NCBI GenBank assembly: GCA_964016885.1
Contig: OZ024745.1
Span: forward strand, 87,172,001 to 87,236,000
DNA: 64,000 nucleotides
Source: Eledone cirrhosa
Lineage: Eukaryota
Reading direction: 5' to 3'
Both the position numbers and the translations under genes were made by a program. A model generated the notes under the pieces. It was not told where the DNA came from. It searched no databases and saw only the letters and a program-made list of their open reading frames with translations. Below are positions 26,930 to 40,783 of this stretch, piece after piece. How positions within the stretch are numbered: the stretch's first letter is position 1; every line of letters begins with the position of its first letter.

Positions 26930-27625
26930 GTCTGTTCTAATTTCATCTATGGCGTTCTAATTTCATACCACCTCCGTTATGTCTATGTGGTTGATGGTCG
27001 CCATTTCTTCATGTAGTGTTGTGGAATCAAAGAACTCCTATGGGTTCGTTATTTGCATGTGCCTCGGTGGACATGTGAACACACTTTTTTCTGTTCGTTC
27101 AGTATTTCACATAGCTCTTGAGGATTTTCGGTTAATGAACCGTCCGTATGGAAGAGTGGCCCAATCATGCAATGTACTGAGGCAGTTTCTTTTGCAAATT
27201 TAAAGAAGGCCTTAGGGTTTATTTTAGTGCTTTCTATGGCCCTGTCCTCTGCCCTCTCATTTTCATGCAATCTCGATGCCAAGTAGTGCACATTTCAAAT
27301 AGGATTCCTTCTTGTTTTTGTTTTCTTGTTGGGCATTCAACTGGTTTAAGAGCTTGGTTCTACGTCTCATAAGGATGTTCCTATCTCTGGAAATAAGATA
27401 TTTGTGTCTGTTTGCCTTTTTCTCCGGGAGAAACCTTGTGCATATAGTGTGTATCGTTGTCATGAAGTGTTGAAATTGTGTGTTAGTGTCTTCTGTGGCG
27501 GTGTTTTCACCCCATGTTTGCTTGCGGATTTCTCTCTTAATCTTTTTCCAGTTAGCCTTGTAGAAGTTAAGGCTGGATAACGTCCCGGAGCTTCTTGGTG
27601 GTTTTGTCTCTGTTGGTTCTCTCGG
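26930..27625 (-). mobile_element. CR1/L2-group LINE ORF2 fragment (EN-RT linker)
   Basis: Minus strand reads [14 protein letters not shown]...[14 protein letters not shown]...INPKAFFKFAK...IGPL...LCEILNEQ, with frameshifts. Confidence 0.7.
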
Positions 27626-27665
27626 ACCATATATATATATATATATATAAATATATATATATATT

Positions 27666-27750
<85 letters not shown>

Positions 27751-28047
27751 TAAAATAACAGATTAAAGTTTAAGCAAAGAATTGCTGTTTTCACCCTTAA
27801 CGGGATCTTCTGAAACTAACAAAGTCAATCTGTAAACGCAGAAGTGGATATTTAAAAAAACAATGCAACCGGAGGAAGACAGGAAGACGATACTTTGGTT
27901 CGTGAAAACGTTCCCTGGCAAAGAACGGGGGAAAAAAACCAATATAATACGTCATTAATATTTGCCCTACGGTTCTTATATATTTGATATATATTTATCC
28001 TTATCGAGCCCTCTTTGGATTCTACTCTTCAAATTTATTATTATTAC

Positions 28048-28102
<55 letters not shown>

Positions 28103-28569
28103 TTTTGCGAGGTTTTTTATATGAAATCGTGTGTCGAAACAGATATTGTTATATTTGGGGAGGGTCATATTTGCGTAATATTGCCAGAATTAATAACAGA
28201 ACACACTCACTGTTTGGTTGGTTTTCGCTTCTCGCTGTCTTTTATATATATATATCTGCGATCTAACTTACTCGGTCCTCAATGTTGCCATTGACTGACC
28301 GGCGGTCAAAAATAATACAGATACAATATAGACAAACACATATATATATAGTTTACATAATTTACATAAATCTTTCGTTGCACATCTGCAACATCGTCAG
28401 TGGTGTTATATTCATTGTTCCTCCTGTTGTGTTGTATGTCTACGCCATTTTTTTGTTCAGTCTGTCTATATATTTATTTATTTATTTGCTTGTTTGTTTA
28501 TCTTATTTTATTTTGTCTTCTTTGCGCATGCGTTTGCGTGTGTGTATAGTGTTATGTGTGATGTGTAAC

Positions 28570-30900
28570 TTTAATAAAAGAGTTTGCATACCACAGCAAA
28601 TAGATGACGAGACGGAGGCACAGTTCACCATAGCTAGAAATAAGATTAGACAAGTAGTAGACAGGTACACTATGAGACAGAGCAGACCAGAGGCCCAACA
28701 ACTTGGGATAAAACCTGTAGAAGGCTTGGTTAGCCTCAAGCAGCGCACAAGGGATGGTGAAGTAGTGTGTCTACCCACAGATAAGTCTGGTAGGATGTCA
28801 ATAGATAGCATGCCGAACTACATCGAGGCAATGCAACCCCACATCACCAACACGAGCGAAGTTGCACAACTAACACACGATGGGAGAGAAAAAATCCTCA
28901 ACGCTCACATGATGATGTGGACTGACATCCTAAAGCCAAGCAGACGCACTGCCAACAACTTCCAGGCGTCTAACAATGGCATACCACCCTTGTATGGGCT
29001 CCGCAAAGACCACAAGACAGTCGACGACCCGACAACAGGACCACCAACAAGACCCGTATGCGGAGCTAATATAGCTAGCAACTACAGGATCTCCTACTTC
29101 CTCTCAATGGTTATACGCCCCATAATCAAGATGTCCCCAGATGTATGTGAAAGTACAGAGGACCTCCTCAGCAGAATCAGTGAGTGCAACAAAAACAGGA
29201 GCCTATCCAACTGCATAATAGGCAGCATGGATGTGGTGTCACTGTACCCATCCATTAACATTGATTTTGCTGTGAAAAGATGTGTGGAGATGATCATTGA
29301 GAGTGAGGTGGAGTTCTGCGACGTCGACACAGACGAACTGGGCCTCCTACTTAGACTTACCTACGACACTGACTACCTAGACAGCCATGACCTTAGATGT
29401 TTCTGCCCTAGTAGACCTATAAGAGGTAGACCCCCCACCATAACCTCAATGGCTAAAAAGACTCCCATAGGAAGGTGGATTGGGTGGACCAAAGCTATAC
29501 GGACCCCCCAAAACACTGATCAGGTAAGAAAAATGGTCGCACATGCAATAGGGGCTAGTATCAAAACTACCCTAAAGGGCCACATATTTAAGTTCAATGA
29601 GAAAATCTACACCCAAAATGAGGGAGCAGCCATCGGCGTCAGCATAGCTGGTGATGTTGCCAACCTTTTCATGGTATGGTGGGAAAGGAGACTTAAAGAT
29701 CTCCTTAATGAAAGCTCCATAGACCTCATCATGTACTCTCGTTATGTAGACGATATCAATATAGTTATAAGAACACCCCCACTAGAGAGCACTAACAAGT
29801 TTGATTTAGAACGTAGCACGATGGAAAGCATCCAGCAGATAGCTAATTCCATACACCAGAGTATAACTGTAACTATAGACTTCCCTTCCAAACACCCTAA
29901 CAATAGACTACCTGTATTAGACACAGAACTCTGGATTAACACTATAGACGAGAGAGCCCAAATTCTCCACTCACACTATGCTAAACCCATGGCCTCCAAA
30001 TACCTGATACTCAAAAACTCAGCAATGTCTAGTAGTGCTAAGTTTAATATTCTGATCGCAGATTTGGTACGAGTGATGAAGAATGTGTCCAGCATGTGCG
30101 ACCCAACAGAAATGGAAGGACACATCCAACACTTCATCAACCGCATGCAGTTCTCTGGCTACAACCAAAGAGACAGAGTCAGAGTATACGAAGGAGCCAT
30201 GGAAAAGTATAAGACCCTCATAGAACTGGACATGAAAGGAATTTGCCCACTATACAGGAGCAAATCATGGAATAGCTTAGATAGGGCTAGACATAAGATA
30301 GGGAAGGCCACATCATGGTACGACAACCAGAGATATCAGAGTGTCATGTTTGTGGACGCCACCCCTGGAGGGAAATTAGCTAACCAGTGTAGAAAGGCCC
30401 TGAGAAAGACCCACTTAAAAATAAAGGTGGTAGAAAAGCCAGGAACCACCATAAAATCCCTGATCAGCAAAACCTACCCTTTTAAGAAAACCCACTGTAC
30501 CAATAGGAAATGTATCATATGTAAGGTGAACCCCCGGATAAACTGTAAAACTAGAAACGTAGTCTATAGCATAAGATGTACAGAGGGTACTTGCAGAAAC
30601 ACGACAACAACATACATAGGTGAGACAGCTCGTAGCATAGGTGAAAGGATAGACCAACACTGGGGGGAACTAAAAGGACGAAAAAACGGGTCAGTACTAT
30701 ACGAACATGCTAGACAACAACATGACGGTAACATAGACAACATAGAAATTAGAATAATATCTAAACATAGGAATGACCCAGCAGATAGGCAAATCAGAGA
30801 GGCCAGTGAAATAGAAATTAGAAGACCAAAGCTAAACAGAAAGAATGAGTGGAACAACAACAACACCCAAACAAACAAGACTGACCTAAGAGAAGTATAA
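28570..30900 (+). CDS. PLE reverse transcriptase plus GIY-YIG endonuclease (uninterrupted, N-terminally truncated)
   Basis: Motifs PTDKSG, LYGLRKDHK, TRPVCG, DVVSLYPSI, QNEGAAIG, RYVDD, linker CTNRKCIIC, and NVVYSIRC...YIGET.RS...R..QH. The first ~96 codons of the listed 872 aa ORF are read from the inverted pLTR and are not genuine. Confidence 0.93.
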   Translation, partial: FNKRVCIPQQIDDETEAQFTIARNKIRQVVDRYTMRQSRPEAQQLGIKPVEGLVSLKQRTRDGEVVCLPTDKSGRMSIDSMPNYIEAMQPHITNTSEVAQLTHDGREKILNAHMMMWTDILKPSRRTANNFQASNNGIPPLYGLRKDHKTVDDPTTGPPTRPVCGANIASNYRISYFLSMVIRPIIKMSPDVCESTEDLLSRISECNKNRSLSNCIIGSMDVVSLYPSINIDFAVKRCVEMIIESEVEFCDVDTDELGLLLRLTYDTDYLDSHDLRCFCPSRPIRGRPPTITSMAKKTPIGRWIGWTKAIRTPQNTDQVRKMVAHAIGASIKTTLKGHIFKFNEKIYTQNEGAAIGVSIAGDVANLFMVWWERRLKDLLNESSIDLIMYSRYVDDINIVIRTPPLESTNKFDLERSTMESIQQIANSIHQSITVTIDFPSKHPNNRLPVLDTELWINTIDERAQILHSHYAKPMASKYLILKNSAMSSSAKFNILIADLVRVMKNVSSMCDPTEMEGHIQHFINRMQFSGYNQRDRVRVYEGAMEKYKTLIELDMKGICPLYRSKSWNSLDRARHKIGKATSWYDNQRYQSVMFVDATPGGKLANQCRKALRKTHLKIKVVEKPGTTIKSLISKTYPFKKTHCTNRKCIICKVNPRINCKTRNVVYSIRCTEGTCRNTTTTYIGETARSIGERIDQHWGELKGRKNGSVLYEHARQQHDGNIDNIEIRIISKHRNDPADRQIREASEIEIRRPKLNRKNEWNNNNTQTNKTDLREV

Positions 30901-31166
30901 ATAAATAAGTAAATTAAATTAAATAAAATAAGATAAATAAATACATACACAAGCACATAAACACACACTAGTCACCCAGCAGACACAACACTATACACAC
31001 TAGTCACACATCACACATAACACTATACACACACGCAAACGCATGCGCAAAGAAGACAAAATAAAATAAGATAAACAAGCAAGCAAATAAATAAATAAAT
31101 ATATAGACAGACTGAACAAAAAAATGGCGTAGACATACAACACAACAGGAGGAACAATGAATATAA

Positions 31167-31210
31167 CACCACTGACGATGTTGCAGATGTGCAACGAAAG
31201 ATTTATGTAA
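31167..31210 (+). ncRNA. Hammerhead core in pLTR with weak helix I; minus-strand copies at ~28362-28405, ~41185-41228 and ~45585-45625
   Basis: CTGACGA t gttgca-gatg-tgcaac GAAA gatt TA. It occupies the same pLTR position as the well-formed HHRs at 31750 and 33485. Confidence 0.6.
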
Positions 31211-31554
31211 ATTATGTAAACTATATATATATGTGTTTGTCTATATTGTATCTGTATTATTTTTGACCGCCGGTCAGTCAATGGCAACATTGAGGACCGA
31301 GTAAGTTAGATCGCAGATATATATATATAAAAGACAGCGAGAAGCGAAAACCAACCAAACAGTGAGTGTGTTCTGTTATTAATTCTGGCAATATTACGCA
31401 AATATGACCCTCCCCAAATATAACAATATATATAAATATATATTTATTTATATATATATATATATATAAATATATATATATATTTATATATATATATTTA
31501 TATATATATATATATAAATATATATATATATATTTATTTATATATATATATATT

Positions 31555-31585
<31 letters not shown>

Positions 31586-31596
31586 ATATATTTATA

Positions 31597-32935
31597 TATT
31601 GTTATACTTTGGGAGGGTCATGTTGCTAATAAGAAACACACGCACTAGTTGTTTTCACTTCAATTTATTATAATAAATTTATAAATTGAGGAATTTATAA
31701 ATTTCCGGTTGGTTGGTTGGTTCCACAACCGGATGGTTGATTATATATTGTCAAAGTTCTTTCGTCACATATTCTGTGACCTCTTCAGTGACTGAGGATT
31801 CTTTTCTTTGTTTTTGTGCCTCTCCTTTGTTCTGTCCTACGCCATTTTGTTTCTGTGTGTGTGTTGTATGCTCCGTCTGCGCATGTGTTACATCCGCGTG
31901 TCTGTGTGTGTTTATATTTGTTTATTTATTTGTTTATTTACATGTTACAGGTTGGTTGTTTGTTCTATGTGCGTGTGTGTTTTCATTTTGTCCTTAATTG
32001 TAAGTTGTGATGTTGCTGTTCCACTCAATTTTTCTATTTTATTTTGGTTGTAATTCTTTTATGTTTATTGCCTCTGTGATTTGTCTAAACATTGCGTCTT
32101 TTCTGTGTGTAGATTCTATTTTTATTTCTATGTTCTCTAATTTACTCTTATGTTCTATTTTAACATGTTGGTGGAGTACAGATGATTCTTTACTATCTTG
32201 AAGCTCTCGCCAGTGTTCATTTATCCGTTCCCCTATACTACGAGCTGTCTCACCTATCTACATTGTCCTTCAGTACATCTTATTCTATATACTACATTTC
32301 TAGTTTTACAGTTAATATGGGGGCTTAATATACATTTCTTATCTATACAGGGTGTCTTTGAAAAGGGTATGTCTTGCTAATAAGCGTTTTTACGGATGTA
32401 CCTGGTCTTTCTACTATCTTAATATTGAGTTTATGTTTATCTAGGGCCCTTCAAAATTTGTAAACTAATTCTCCTCTAGGGGTTGTATCGATGAACATTA
32501 CACACTGGTATTTATTGCTATCATACCATGAGTTTATTCTATTAGCCTTATTCCTAGTTCTTTCTATTCTATTCCAAAATTTGCTCCTATACAAGGGGCA
32601 GGTCCCATTTGTGTCATTATTAACCATTTTTTCCCATTTGGTTCTGGCTCCTCTATCCACTCTGATTTTATCTCTCTGATTGTAACCAGAGAACTGCATA
32701 CGGTGGATGAAGTGTTGTATGTGTCTCTCTAGTTCTTCGGGGTTGCACATGCGGGGCACGTTTCTCATCACCCGTACCAAATCCGCAATCAGTATGTTGA
32801 TTTTGGTATGGTCCGAAACAGCTGGTGCGTGTGTTTCTTATTGGCAACATGACCCTCCAAAAGTATAACAATATCGGTTTCAACACACGTTTTCAGATAA
32901 AGAATCTTGCTAAACAAATTCAGAAACGAAATATA
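31597..32935 (-). mobile_element. PLE 3' fragment (relative of the 28.1 kb element) with pLTR and short inverted end
   Basis: ORF 32451-32780 (RVMRNV...HIQHFIHRMQFSGYNQRD) is homologous to the 28570-30900 protein. ~32815-32872 is the inverse of ~31597-31655. Confidence 0.88.
31750..31792 (-). ncRNA. Minimal type I hammerhead
   Basis: gtca CTGAAGA g gtcaca-gaata-tgtgac GAAA gaac TT tgac. Confidence 0.8.
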
Positions 32936-33097
32936 TTTATATATATAAATGAAAAGTATAGATATTGTTGTAGCGAGAAGCTAACATTATTCCATAGTAT
33001 ATATATATATAAATATATATAAATTTATTTATATATATATAAATATATATCTATTTATTTATATATATATATAAATATATATATATAAATATATATA

Positions 33098-33146
<49 letters not shown>

Positions 33147-33319
33147 TTATATATATATATAAATATATATATATAAATATATATATATTTATATATATAT
33201 ATATATATAAATATATATATATTTATATATGTATATATATATATATAAATATATATATATTTATATATACATATATATATATATATATAAATATATATAT
33301 ATATATTTATATATATATA

Positions 33320-34457
33320 TATTGTTATACTTTGGGAGGGTCATGTTGCCAATACGAAACACACGCACCAGTTGCTTTCACTTCAATTTATTATTTTATT
33401 ATATATTTGTAAATTTACAAATTTATAAATTTATAAATTTCTGGTTGGTTGGATGGTTCCACAACCAGATAGTTGTTCATATATAGTCATAGTCCTTTCG
33501 TCACACACTCTGTGACCTCTTCAGTGACTGGGGATTCCTTTCTTTGTTTCTGTGCCTCTCCTTTGTTCTGTCCTACGCCATTTTGTTTCTGTGTGTATGT
33601 TGTGTGCTCAGTTTGCGCATGCGTTACATCCGGGTGTCTGTGTGTGTTTATGTTCATTTATCTATTTGTTTATTTATTTATTTATTTATTTATTTATATG
33701 TTATTGGTTGATTGTTTGTTCTATGTGTGTGTGTGTTTTCATTTTGTCCTTAATTGTAAGTTGTGATGTTGCTGTTCCACTCATATTTTCTATTTAATTT
33801 TGGTTGTAATTCTTTTATGTTTATTGCCTCTGTAATTTGTCTAAACATTGCATCTTTTCTGTGTGTAGATTCTATTTTTATTTCTATGTTCTCTAATTTA
33901 CCCTTGTGTTCTATCTTAGCATGTTGGTAGAGTACAGATGATTATTTATTATCTTGAAGGTCTCGCCAGTGTTCATTTATCCGTTCCCCTATACAACGAG
34001 CTGTCTCACCTATGTACACTATATTTTTGTTTCTACATTGTCCTTCAGTACATCTTCTGCTATACACTACATTTCTAGTTTTACAGTTAATATGGGGGCT
34101 TATTTTACAGGTTATACATTTCTTATCTATACATGAGGGTCTTTGAAAAGCGTATGTCTTGCTAATAAGTGTTTTTACGGAGGTACCTGGTCTTTCTACT
34201 ATCTTAATATTGAGTTTATGTTTATTTAGGGCCCTTCTAAATTTGTAGGCTAGTTCGCCTCTAGGGGTTGTATCGATGAACATTACACTCTGGTATTTAT
34301 TGCTATCATAATATTGCTATAATAAAATAATAAATTGAAGTGAAAGCAACTGGTGCGTGTGTTTCTTATTGGCAACATGACCCTCCTAAAGTATAACAAT
34401 ATCGGTTTCAACACACGATTTCAGATAAAGAATCTTGCTGAACAAATTCAGAAACGA

Positions 34458-34460
<3 letters not shown>
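33320..34460 (-). mobile_element. Second copy of the same PLE 3' fragment
   Basis: ORF 33942-34283 encodes GIY-YIG (NVVYSRRC...YIGETARCIGERINEH). ~34320-34402 is the inverse of ~33320-33400. Confidence 0.88.
33485..33529 (-). ncRNA. Minimal type I hammerhead
   Basis: agtca CTGAAGA g gtcaca-gagtg-tgtgac GAAA ggac TA tgact. Confidence 0.85.
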
Positions 34461-34493
<33 letters not shown>

Positions 34494-34522
34494 AATATAT
34501 ATATATATAAAGATATATATAT

Positions 34523-34610
<88 letters not shown>

Positions 34611-34614
34611 AAAT

Positions 34615-35125
34615 GAAGTAATTTCATCGGAAAAGTCCAGGAAAAAAGAGTGCTCTAAGTAGGCAACAGAGCTTAATTATTATTATTATGTAATAAAAAA
34701 CATAAGGCAATTATTCCATTTACCGGTGGTTTCTTAAAAGCAAAAGGTTTGCTTTCAATCCTCAAAATGAAAAATCCTGGTTTGTTTGGATTCTAAAAAC
34801 TTTGGATTCTAAAAACAAAAATGCAATCTATATGAAAGTCAGGCTGGAAAAGGGAGAAGGAAAGGAAAAATAAAATAAAACTACACATGCAAACACACAC
34901 CGAAAAAAACACAAAAGCATACTTACACACTCATACATATATACATATATATAAAAATGTACGCATACATATATACATATACACATATATATATATAAAA
35001 CGTACACCTACACACACATACACATATATACACACATATACACATACATACATTCATACATACACACACAACACATATACACACACACACACACACATAC
35101 ACACACACATATATATATATGTACA

Positions 35126-35179
<54 letters not shown>

Positions 35180-37173
35180 TACACATATACACACATACAC
35201 ACACACACACATGTGTGTGTACAAGCATACACATACACAAACATAGCCATACACACACACATATATATACACATACATACATTCACACAAACATACAACG
35301 TACATACATACACATACATGAATGCACTCCTCTACATATTCACACACGCAAATAAATATAAGAAAAAAATATATAAATATATACTAAAAAATTTTTGACA
35401 CCGATACATGCCCCAGCTAACAGGACAGACACGCGTGGTAAGTAATACACACAAAAGAAAATCTTAAGAAAAATAATTCTCCAAATTAGAACTAACACTG
35501 ACCTTTCACAGTGGCTAAATACTTCCTCTGTTATTTCTTGGTTCAATAATATACAAGGTAAAAATAAGTGTAGATTTACCCAATTTGATATTGTCGATTT
35601 TTACCCTTCTATTACTGTTTCCTTATTAACCAATGCCTTAGATTTTGCAAGACCCTTCATTAATATCTCTAAATTAGAAGAGGACATTATCTTTCATGCT
35701 AGAAAAACTTTACTTTTTACTAATGATAATATTTGGGTTAAAAAGTCAAACCCTGAAAGCTCTTTTGATGTTGCAATGGGTTCATATGACAGTGCGGATG
35801 TGTGTGACTTAGTAGGGTTATTCCTTCTCCACACACTCAAAGAGAAATTTCCGTCGCATAATATCGGTTTATACCGTGATAACGGATTAGCAGTTTCTCA
35901 TACCACCAACGGCCATAATCTTGATAAATTCCGTAAAGATTTAATTAATACTTTTGCTAATCTTAACCTTAAAATTACTATAGATACGAACCTTACTAAT
36001 GCTAACTTTCTTGATATTAATCTTGATCTACTTACTGCCTCTTTTAAACCCTATCATAAACCTAATGAAAATCTTAGGTATATACACAAAGAGTCTTGCC
36101 ATCCCCCTATAGTTTTTTAATAATCTTATTCCTAACATTAGCCGTAGGATTTCTACCTTATCTTCGTCTATAGACATTTTTAATAAAGCCGCCCCTTATT
36201 ATAATAAAGCCCTTAAGAACAGCGGTTTTACGGAAAAAATTTCTTATTTACCTACTCCCCCCCCTAAAACTAACCATAATAACAGGAAAAGGAAGATTAT
36301 TTGGTTCACACACCCCTTCTCTCTAACTGTCAAAACTAATGTAGGAAGGAAATTCCTTGAACTATTAGACAAACATTTTCCTCCTATTCATAGATATTAT
36401 AAGATTTTTAATAGGAATGTAGTTAAGATCAGCTACTCTTGTTGCCCATCCATGAAGTCCAAAATCACCAGTTCAAACCGTACGAGGATAAATCCAGGAT
36501 GCAGTTGCAGGAAGCCGGATGAATGCCCATTGCAGGGTAAATGTAACACAAAATCTGTCGTTTATGAGGCTAAGATAACGCCAGTTATCAACAACCAGCC
36601 AGCCAGGAGTGAGCGATATGTCGGTATGACCCAGGACAGGTTTAAAACCAGATTTTACTCACATGTCGCTTCTTTTAAGCACTCTGATAAACGAACATCA
36701 ACGGCCCTCGCAAGTAAGGTATGGGATCTCAAGGATAGTAATATCCCGTACTCTATTGATTGGTCTATATTAGACCATTCGAGGGAGTACCAAAGGGGCA
36801 CAAAGAATTGTTCTTTGTGCACCACAGAAAAGTATAGGATTTTGCTAAACTTGAGAGCCACTTCCGCTTGCCTTAACTCAAAGACTGAGATCTTCCGATG
36901 CTGTCCTCATCTGAAATCGCATCTGATCTGTAACTGGATTGACACTCCTATGAGAAATCAACCGCCTTGAACTCCTTCTCTGCTCTTTACTTTTGCTACG
37001 GTTTTTATTTTGCTGACTCTACCTTCTGTACTCTTGTATATTTACAAAATTATTTCTCCATCACCTCCCCTTATACTTTACCTTCTCTTATGCCCACCCC
37101 CATATATTCTTTTTGTTTTGCCCTTCACATACCTATGTGTATGTGTATGTATTTTTGTGTGTATATATATATG

Positions 37174-37211
<38 letters not shown>

Positions 37212-37239
37212 TATATTTGTGTATATGTATGTATATATT

Positions 37240-37301
<62 letters not shown>

Positions 37302-37576
37302 CGTGTGTGTATGTGTGTATATAATTGTATATTTGTGTGTGTATATGTATGTATATGTGGATAAACCAGGCTTTTTTTCATTCTGATGATTGAAGGAAAC
37401 TTTTTTGCTTTTAAGAAACCTCTGGTGAATGGATTAATTGCCTTGTGTTGCTTTATTACTTTACTACTATATATACGTTTATGTAAGGGTCATTTGTCTT
37501 ATCTAATACTGAGCTTTACACATACACACATGTATATGTGTGTGTGTATGTGTATGCATGTGTGTATGTGTACGTG

Positions 37577-37633
<57 letters not shown>

Positions 37634-38259
37634 ATATTCTATATGTATGTATGTATATGTGTGCGTGTGTATTTATTTATTTTTATGTATGTGTGGGTGT
37701 GTGTGTGTGTGTGGGTGTGTGTGTGTTTGTATTTGGTTGTGCGTGCTTTTGATATATACGTATTTGCATGTGTATAATTGTTTAGCTATGTATGTATATG
37801 TGTGTTTACGTATATATATGTGTGTGTGTGTGTATATAATTACATATACATGTGTGTGTTTATATTATGTACGTGTGCGTGTTTGTGTATGTATGTGTAT
37901 GTACGTGTTTATGTATTTGTATATGTATATTTATGTGTGAAAGTGTGTGTATGTGTTTACTATTTCGTACGTATGTATATGCGCTTTTGTGTGTATTACT
38001 TACCACGCGTGTCTGTCCTGTTAGCTGGGGCATGTATCGGTGTCAAAAATTTTTTAATATATATTTATATATTTTTTTCTTATATTTATTTGCGTGTGTG
38101 AATATGTAGAGGAGTGCATTCATGTATGTGTATGTATGTACGTTGTATGTTTGTGTGAATGTATGTATGTGTATATATATGTGTGTGTATGGCTATGTTT
38201 GTGTATGTGTATGCTTGTACACACACATGTGTGTGTGTGTGTATGTGTGTATATGTGTA

Positions 38260-38314
<55 letters not shown>

Positions 38315-38357
38315 GTACATATATATATGTACATATATATATATGTGTGTGTGTGTA

Positions 38358-38404
<47 letters not shown>

Positions 38405-38772
38405 ATGTATGAATGTATATATATGTATATGTGTGTATATATGTGTATGTGTGTGTAGGTGTACGTTTTATATATATATATGTGTATATGTATATATGTA
38501 TGCGTACATTTTTATATATATGTATATATGTATGTGTGTGTAAGTATGCTTTTGTGTTTTTTTGTGTGTGTGTTTGCATGTGTAGTTTTATTTTATTTTT
38601 CCTTTCCTTCTCCCCTTTCCAGCCTCACTTTCATATAGATTGCATTTTTGTTTTTAGAATCCAAATTCAATAAACAAACCAGGATTTTTCATTCTGAGGA
38701 TTGAAAGCAAAACCTTTTGCTTTTAAGAAACCACTGTTAAATGGAATAATTGCCTTATGTTGTTTATTACAT

Positions 38773-38777
<5 letters not shown>
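34615..38777 (+). mobile_element. Naiad-like PLE (RT-EN ~35460-36970) with two 3' pLTR-like segments and an inverted 5' pLTR
   Basis: Motifs QFDIVDFYPSI, MGSYDSADVCDLVG, GLYRDNG, WFTHPF, CSCRKPDECPLQGKC and YVGMTQDRFKTR; one frameshift near 36118. ~34680-35455 is the reverse complement of ~37985-38775. Confidence 0.92.
37377..37433 (+). ncRNA. Hammerhead in pLTR; related copies at ~38688-38746 (+) and ~34714-34770 (-)
   Basis: ttcatt CTGA(T/G)GA ttgaaagcaaa..ttgcttttaa GAAA cc-nnn-gg TA aatgga as consensus. Each of the three copies carries a different point change. Confidence 0.75.
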
Positions 38778-38871
<94 letters not shown>

Positions 38872-38872
38872 C

Positions 38873-38998
<126 letters not shown>

Positions 38999-39062
38999 GA
39001 ATATATATATATTATATATATATATATATATGTATATAAATATATATATATATATATATAAA

Positions 39063-39787
39063 TAAAATTAGTCCTTCATCATTGATCTTCCAGCCTTCAT
39101 TGGTATTTCTTCGCTTTAAAGATCATATACCTCTGGTTGGTGCGAGCAATAACTAAAGAAAGTTATTGGGACACGTAAATTAGGGTGAAGCGAGCGACAC
39201 ATGTAAACAAACAAAAATAGTAATGCAACGTAAAGATAGGAAGATCACTTATCACTGATGCAGGACTAATTTTATTCATATGTAACCCACGCAAAACGCC
39301 ATTTTTCATATATTTATATTTTTTCCTCCGCTGCAACCTGTCTGTTTCTTTCTTACTGCTTCCCCTTTCTCTGTATCTCTCACCTTCTTTTTACCCCCTC
39401 TGCCAGTCACTCTCTCACCGCTAGCCTCTTCCTAACACTTTTACTCACTCACTCTCTGCTTCTCCCAATCTCTCACTTCCTCCCGTTTGATCAGGGTGAA
39501 ATCTTTTTCTCGCTCACATCTCACACAGGTCGGATGGTCTGTATCTCTACTCGTCTATGCTTTCACAGAACTTAAGTTCACAGATATCACGGACTTGTTC
39601 CTACTCTTCTTATCTTTCCGTTGCATTACCACCTTTGTTTATTTAGATGTCTTGCTCGCTTCACCCTATTTTAAGTGTCCCAATAACTTTCTTTCGTTAT
39701 TGCTCGCACCAACCAGAGGTATATGATATTTAAAGCGAAGAAATACCAATGAAGGCAGGAAGTTTACTGATGAAGGACTAATTTTTT
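39063..39787. repeat. Diverged fold-back repeat, probable solo pLTR
   Basis: ~39063-39245 is the reverse complement of ~39605-39787. A CTGATGA at the arm end is cut off by microsatellite. Confidence 0.7.
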
Positions 39788-39820
<33 letters not shown>

Positions 39821-39822
39821 CA

Positions 39823-39895
<73 letters not shown>

Positions 39896-40209
39896 CACAC
39901 ACACATAATCATACATATATACCCACGTACATACACACACATACATACACACATATATACACGCATACATACGCACACACATATATAGATATATGTACAC
40001 ACACCTACATACGCAAACACAATTAATAATAATAAAAAATAAAAAATAAAAAAACAATGGACAACCATATAATGAAATAGGCCGTCACATAAAAAAAATA
40101 TACGACTTAAGAAAATAAAAATTATTATAAAGTTGACAGCGATACAGGAAAGGACACACATAAATACACAAGCACACGGGGTAAGGAATGCACGCATTTA
40201 TACATATAA

Positions 40210-40515
40210 AACCATATTTATTTCATTATACATATTTAAAGGACACCAAGTCAAATTATGGTGCGCTTTCATCAGATAAAATATAATATAGATCAGTTTT
40301 ATAAATAAATATTTACATACCCTTAAAGAATGCGACCATTTATTTTGGAAGCTCCCTACTATCCGGGAGCTTCCAACAGAAATGGTCGCATTCTTTAAGG
40401 GTATGTCAATATTTATTTATAAAACTGATCTATATTATATTTTATCTGATGAAAGCGCACCATAATTTGACTTGGTGTCCTTGAAATATGTATAAGGAAA
40501 TAAATATGGTTTTAT
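40210..40515. repeat. ~300 bp palindrome with opposed hammerheads
   Basis: ~40210-40345 is the reverse complement of ~40378-40512. The centre is ggaagctccc...gggagcttcc. Confidence 0.85.
40439..40501 (+). ncRNA. Type I hammerhead
   Basis: attttat CTGATGA aag-cg-cacca...tggtg-tc-ctt GAAA tatgta TA aggaaat. The mirror copy has atgaaat in helix I. Confidence 0.72.
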
Positions 40516-40571
40516 AAATATAGTTTCCATTTGTTAATATATCGTATTTTTACTCCAATAATTATATAACT

Positions 40572-40645
<74 letters not shown>

Positions 40646-40740
40646 TATATAAATACATAAATATTATATATATATAAAAATAAAAAGGTGGAAGGGGTAA
40701 ACAAATAGTTGGAAATACGACAAATAATAAATAAATAAAT

Positions 40741-40783
<43 letters not shown>

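Larger units (their letters stand above)
28100..31430 (+). mobile_element. Young 5'-truncated PLE with near-identical inverted pLTR
   Basis: 28143-28570 is the reverse complement of ~31000-31430 with very few differences. Flanked by (TA)n on both sides. Confidence 0.93.

Noticed and set aside
28282-28569. Hydrophobic N-terminal extension of the 872 aa ORF
   Set aside because: It is the antisense reading of the inverted pLTR (the same peptide appears at 31000-31290 minus), fused in frame by chance.
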